Assembly (NCBI GenBank): GCA_964013405.1
Contig: CAXGWI010000030.1
Location: 1 to 28,501 of the forward strand
Length of the DNA stretch: 28,501 nt
DNA from: an uncultured Myxococcales bacterium
GTDB taxonomy: Bacteria > Myxococcota > UBA4151
Direction: 5' to 3'
The translations under genes and the position numbers were made by a program. Of the stretch, positions 25,670 to 28,501 are shown one piece after another. The number at the start of each line of letters is the position of its first letter. The first letter of the stretch is position 1. A model generated the notes under the pieces. That model made no database searches and was not told the DNA's origin. It saw only the letters and a list, made by a program, of their open reading frames with translations.

Positions 25670-28147
25670 ATGATGCGTCTGAGTTTGATCGCCAGCTTGC
25701 TGTGGCTCTGCGCCTGTTCCGAACAGGTGGTGGTGCGGGATGTGGAGAGTACTTGCGGCAATGGAGAGATCGAGGCCGGTGAGACTTGCGACGATGGCAA
25801 CGAGGACAACGCCGATGGTTGTACCAATGGCTGTGAGTTCACCAGTTGTGGTGATGCGGTCACCCGGACGGACTTGAGCCCGGGGGATGATGGCTACGAA
25901 GCCTGCGATGATGGCAATGATGTCGAGACCGATGGCTGTTTGCCGGACTGCCGCCTCGCCGCCTGCGGAGATGGCATCCTGCGGGCAGACTTAAACGAGG
26001 GGGAGCCGGGCTTTGAAGCCTGCGACGACGGCAACGGCACCGATGATGATGCCTGCCGTAATGACTGTAGCTTGGCCCGATGTGGGGACGGCATCGTCCG
26101 CCGCGATCAACTCGAAGGGGACCCGGGTTTTGAAGTTTGCGATGATGGAAATGGTGTGGACAGCGATGCCTGCACCAACAGTTGCCAAGATGCTCGTTGT
26201 GGCGATGGGATCTTGGGCCCCGGCGAGGGCTGCGACGATGGCAATGAAGATCCCACCGATGCTTGCTCCAACGCGTGTGAGCCCACGACCTGTGGCGATG
26301 GCATCGTGCAAGAGGGCGAGATCTGTGACGATGGCAATGTGGACGACGGCGACGGGTGTCTTGCCAACTGTGCGCCGGCTCGCTGCGGGGATGGGGTGGT
26401 GCGAACGGAGGTGGAAGCCTGCGATGATGGCAACGGCTTTAATCAGGACGCCTGTACCAACGGTTGTCAGACCGCCCGCTGCGGCGACGGTATTCTTCGG
26501 GTGGATTTAGCGCCTGAAGAGGATGGCTTCGAAGGCTGTGACGATGGAGGCTTGGATCTCGGCGATGGCTGTGATGACCAATGCCAATTGGAGCGCTGTG
26601 GCAACGGTCGTTTGGATCCCGGTGAAGCCTGCGACGACGGCAACGGCGAGGAGCGTGATGCCTGCAGAAACAACTGCGTTCGAGCTGCCTGTGGTGATGG
26701 GATTTTGCGCAATGATGTGGCGCGGAACGAGGCTGGCTATGAGGCCTGTGACGATGGCAATGAAATCAACACGGATGTCTGCCTCAACGGTTGCGTGATC
26801 GCTCGCTGTGGTGATGGCGTTGTCTGGGACGCGGTGGAGGAATGTGACGACGGCAACGATGACGATGTCGATGGCTGTGACAATCGTTGTTTGCTGGCGG
26901 TCTGTGGCAATGGCCGGGTGGAACTTGAGGAGGCCTGCGACGACGGTAACGCGATCGAGACGGATGCCTGTCTCAACAACTGCGTCGCAGCGACCTGTGG
27001 TGATGGTTTGGTCTATGCGGGCACGGAAGCCTGTGATGATGGCAACGCTGTCGATGAAGACGAATGTTTGAACAATTGCGAAGCAGCCTCTTGCGGCGAC
27101 GGCGTCATCCACGAGGGGGTTGAAGCCTGTGATGACGGCAATGAAGTGCAGTTGGATGCTTGTCTCAACAACTGTGTTGAAGCCCAATGTGGCGACGGGA
27201 TTCTCTGGGTCGGCGAAGAATCCTGCGACGATGGCAACGGCGACAACGGCGACGAGTGTTTGAACAACTGTGAGGATGCGGTCTGCGGCGATGGGGTCGT
27301 CCACGAAGGCGTTGAAGCCTGCGACGATGGCAACGATGAGCAGGAAGATGCCTGCGACAATGACTGCACCGAGCCTCCCCTTGGTAGCAGCGCCTTCCAT
27401 CCAGGAAGCAGTTGTCTCCAGATCCATGAGGCCCGGCCCAATGCCCCCACAGGGACCTACTGGATCGATCCCGATGGCGAAGAGGCGCTAGCGCCCTTTC
27501 AGGTGAGTTGTGACATGACCAGTCATGGGGGCGGTTGGTTGCGACTTCGTCTCGCGGACAGTCAGCAAATGGTCGCCGCCGAATGGGGCCGCAGCAATCC
27601 TTGGTATAAGTGCGGTGGTGATGAGGCTGTCTTCTATGACTGGATCAGCGAAGGCCAGGTCCAACCGGACAGCAGCCCCGATGATCACCACCAGTTTGTG
27701 ACTGAACTGGGCTATCTGAATCTGGCAGTCGATCAGGCCTTTACCGCAGAGCAAATGGCAGCGATCCGGGGCCAGATCAATGAATTAGCCCCCTCGACAC
27801 GGATGGTCGCGACCACGGCCGATGATGACGGTGGTAACTGGCAGCGGGACCAGCAGAATGGGCACGAAACCTACGTGGAGACGGCCGAAGGTGATTGGTT
27901 CTTGCTGACACCGGGGACCAACGGTGAGTGCGGTGGGAGCAGCGGCTGGGGCCAATCGGACTCGGCTCGTTATCGCTGGCACACAGACGCAGCGAATTCG
28001 GTCCCCTCTGGAAACACCGGTATCGGCGCGAACGATATGGGGGCCCTCCCCGCGGCAGCGATCCTACCCACCCGGGCCCGTCTCGAGATCTGGACGGGGG
28101 GAGGCGCATCATTCGGTTACGAGCGCCAAAACATTCTCGTTCGCTAA
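25670..28147 (+). CDS. Lipoprotein (825 aa) with 16 Myxococcus-type cysteine-rich repeats, a fibrinogen-like (YCDxxxxGGGW) module and an unrecognised C-terminal domain
   Basis: Lipobox LCA|C, 16 CG[DN][GA] units, and SCLQI....P....G.YWIDPDG......[11 protein letters not shown] (~27410-27545). GGAGG RBS at 25659-25663. Confidence 0.9.
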   Translation: MMRLSLIASLLWLCACSEQVVVRDVESTCGNGEIEAGETCDDGNEDNADGCTNGCEFTSCGDAVTRTDLSPGDDGYEACDDGNDVETDGCLPDCRLAACGDGILRADLNEGEPGFEACDDGNGTDDDACRNDCSLARCGDGIVRRDQLEGDPGFEVCDDGNGVDSDACTNSCQDARCGDGILGPGEGCDDGNEDPTDACSNACEPTTCGDGIVQEGEICDDGNVDDGDGCLANCAPARCGDGVVRTEVEACDDGNGFNQDACTNGCQTARCGDGILRVDLAPEEDGFEGCDDGGLDLGDGCDDQCQLERCGNGRLDPGEACDDGNGEERDACRNNCVRAACGDGILRNDVARNEAGYEACDDGNEINTDVCLNGCVIARCGDGVVWDAVEECDDGNDDDVDGCDNRCLLAVCGNGRVELEEACDDGNAIETDACLNNCVAATCGDGLVYAGTEACDDGNAVDEDECLNNCEAASCGDGVIHEGVEACDDGNEVQLDACLNNCVEAQCGDGILWVGEESCDDGNGDNGDECLNNCEDAVCGDGVVHEGVEACDDGNDEQEDACDNDCTEPPLGSSAFHPGSSCLQIHEARPNAPTGTYWIDPDGEEALAPFQVSCDMTSHGGGWLRLRLADSQQMVAAEWGRSNPWYKCGGDEAVFYDWISEGQVQPDSSPDDHHQFVTELGYLNLAVDQAFTAEQMAAIRGQINELAPSTRMVATTADDDGGNWQRDQQNGHETYVETAEGDWFLLTPGTNGECGGSSGWGQSDSARYRWHTDAANSVPSGNTGIGANDMGALPAAAILPTRARLEIWTGGGASFGYERQNILVR

Positions 28148-28501
28148 GGGCTTGGGTTTGGGTGCACCCGAACCTTCGCCACCATGGCATCGTGGTCGGA
28201 GAGATGCCGGTCATTGGGCCCAGATCGTCGTAGATCCACGAGCCAATCGCTGACTTCGAAGGTGCTGTTGCCGCCGAGAAAGATGTGATCGATTCGGCCG
28301 TCCCAATGGTAGTTTGACCGATCCGCTTCGGGGCCGACCGCCCGGGGCCCTTCGGGCACAAGATCACTGGCATTCTCGAGTTTCGGGTCATCTGAGCCCG
28401 TGAGGATCCCATAGGCCTCTGTGGAGAGGTTCGAGTTGAAATCACCGGTGATCACCAGGGGGAGTCGATTGGCGAGGGGTTGAAGCCGGCTCAAGAAGAG
28501 C
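28144..28501 (-). CDS. Endonuclease/exonuclease/phosphatase (EEP) family protein, C-terminal part (runs off the window edge)
   Basis: Motifs [16 protein letters not shown] and LSDH. Confidence 0.85.
   Translation of the reverse strand, partial: LFLSRLQPLANRLPLVITGDFNSNLSTEAYGILTGSDDPKLENASDLVPEGPRAVGPEADRSNYHWDGRIDHIFLGGNSTFEVSDWLVDLRRSGPNDRHLSDHDAMVAKVRVHPNPSP

Noticed and set aside
25487..25863. Apparent overlap of the 479-aa and 886-aa ORFs, and similar N-termini of the 1210-aa and 479-aa minus-strand ORFs ([15 protein letters not shown])
   Set aside because: The shared peptide is just the antisense reading of the paralogous Cys-rich genes. The real starts are 25575 (-) and 25670 (+).

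Overview
This is a GC-rich, very compact chromosomal window, most likely from a Myxococcota bacterium. That assignment is inferred from CGDG/CDDGN cysteine-rich repeat lipoproteins, DAG/DGG-rich lipoprotein linkers and sigma54-type promoters. No rRNA, tRNA, transposase, integrase, reverse transcriptase or CRISPR was seen. Contents in order: a C45 (Ntn-hydrolase) acyltransferase converging on a three-part fusion of a lysine/GABA-type class-III aminotransferase, a GNAT acetyltransferase and a second, apparently catalytically dead aminotransferase copy; a Cys-rich repeat lipoprotein; a small membrane protein; an archaeal-type topoisomerase VI operon (top6B-top6A) behind a good sigma54 -24/-12 match; two tandem ~1,190-aa paralogous lipoproteins (beta-helix with an invariant VDFGGSQF repeat, Cys-rich stalk, FGE-sulfatase/CLec domain split by a jelly-roll insert); a TMEM220-like protein; a GT4 glycosyltransferase; a small orphan ORF; a GH13 amylase lipoprotein; an uncharacterised lipoprotein; a membrane protein; a SolA/sarcosine-oxidase-family flavoenzyme; a second Cys-rich lipoprotein with the same stalk but a different tip; and the 3' end of an EEP-family nuclease/phosphatase. 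The best candidates for undescribed biology are the aminotransferase-GNAT-pseudo-aminotransferase fusion with its C45 neighbour, and the modular 'conserved stalk, variable tip' surface lipoproteins. All family calls come from motifs read by eye; no database search was run.
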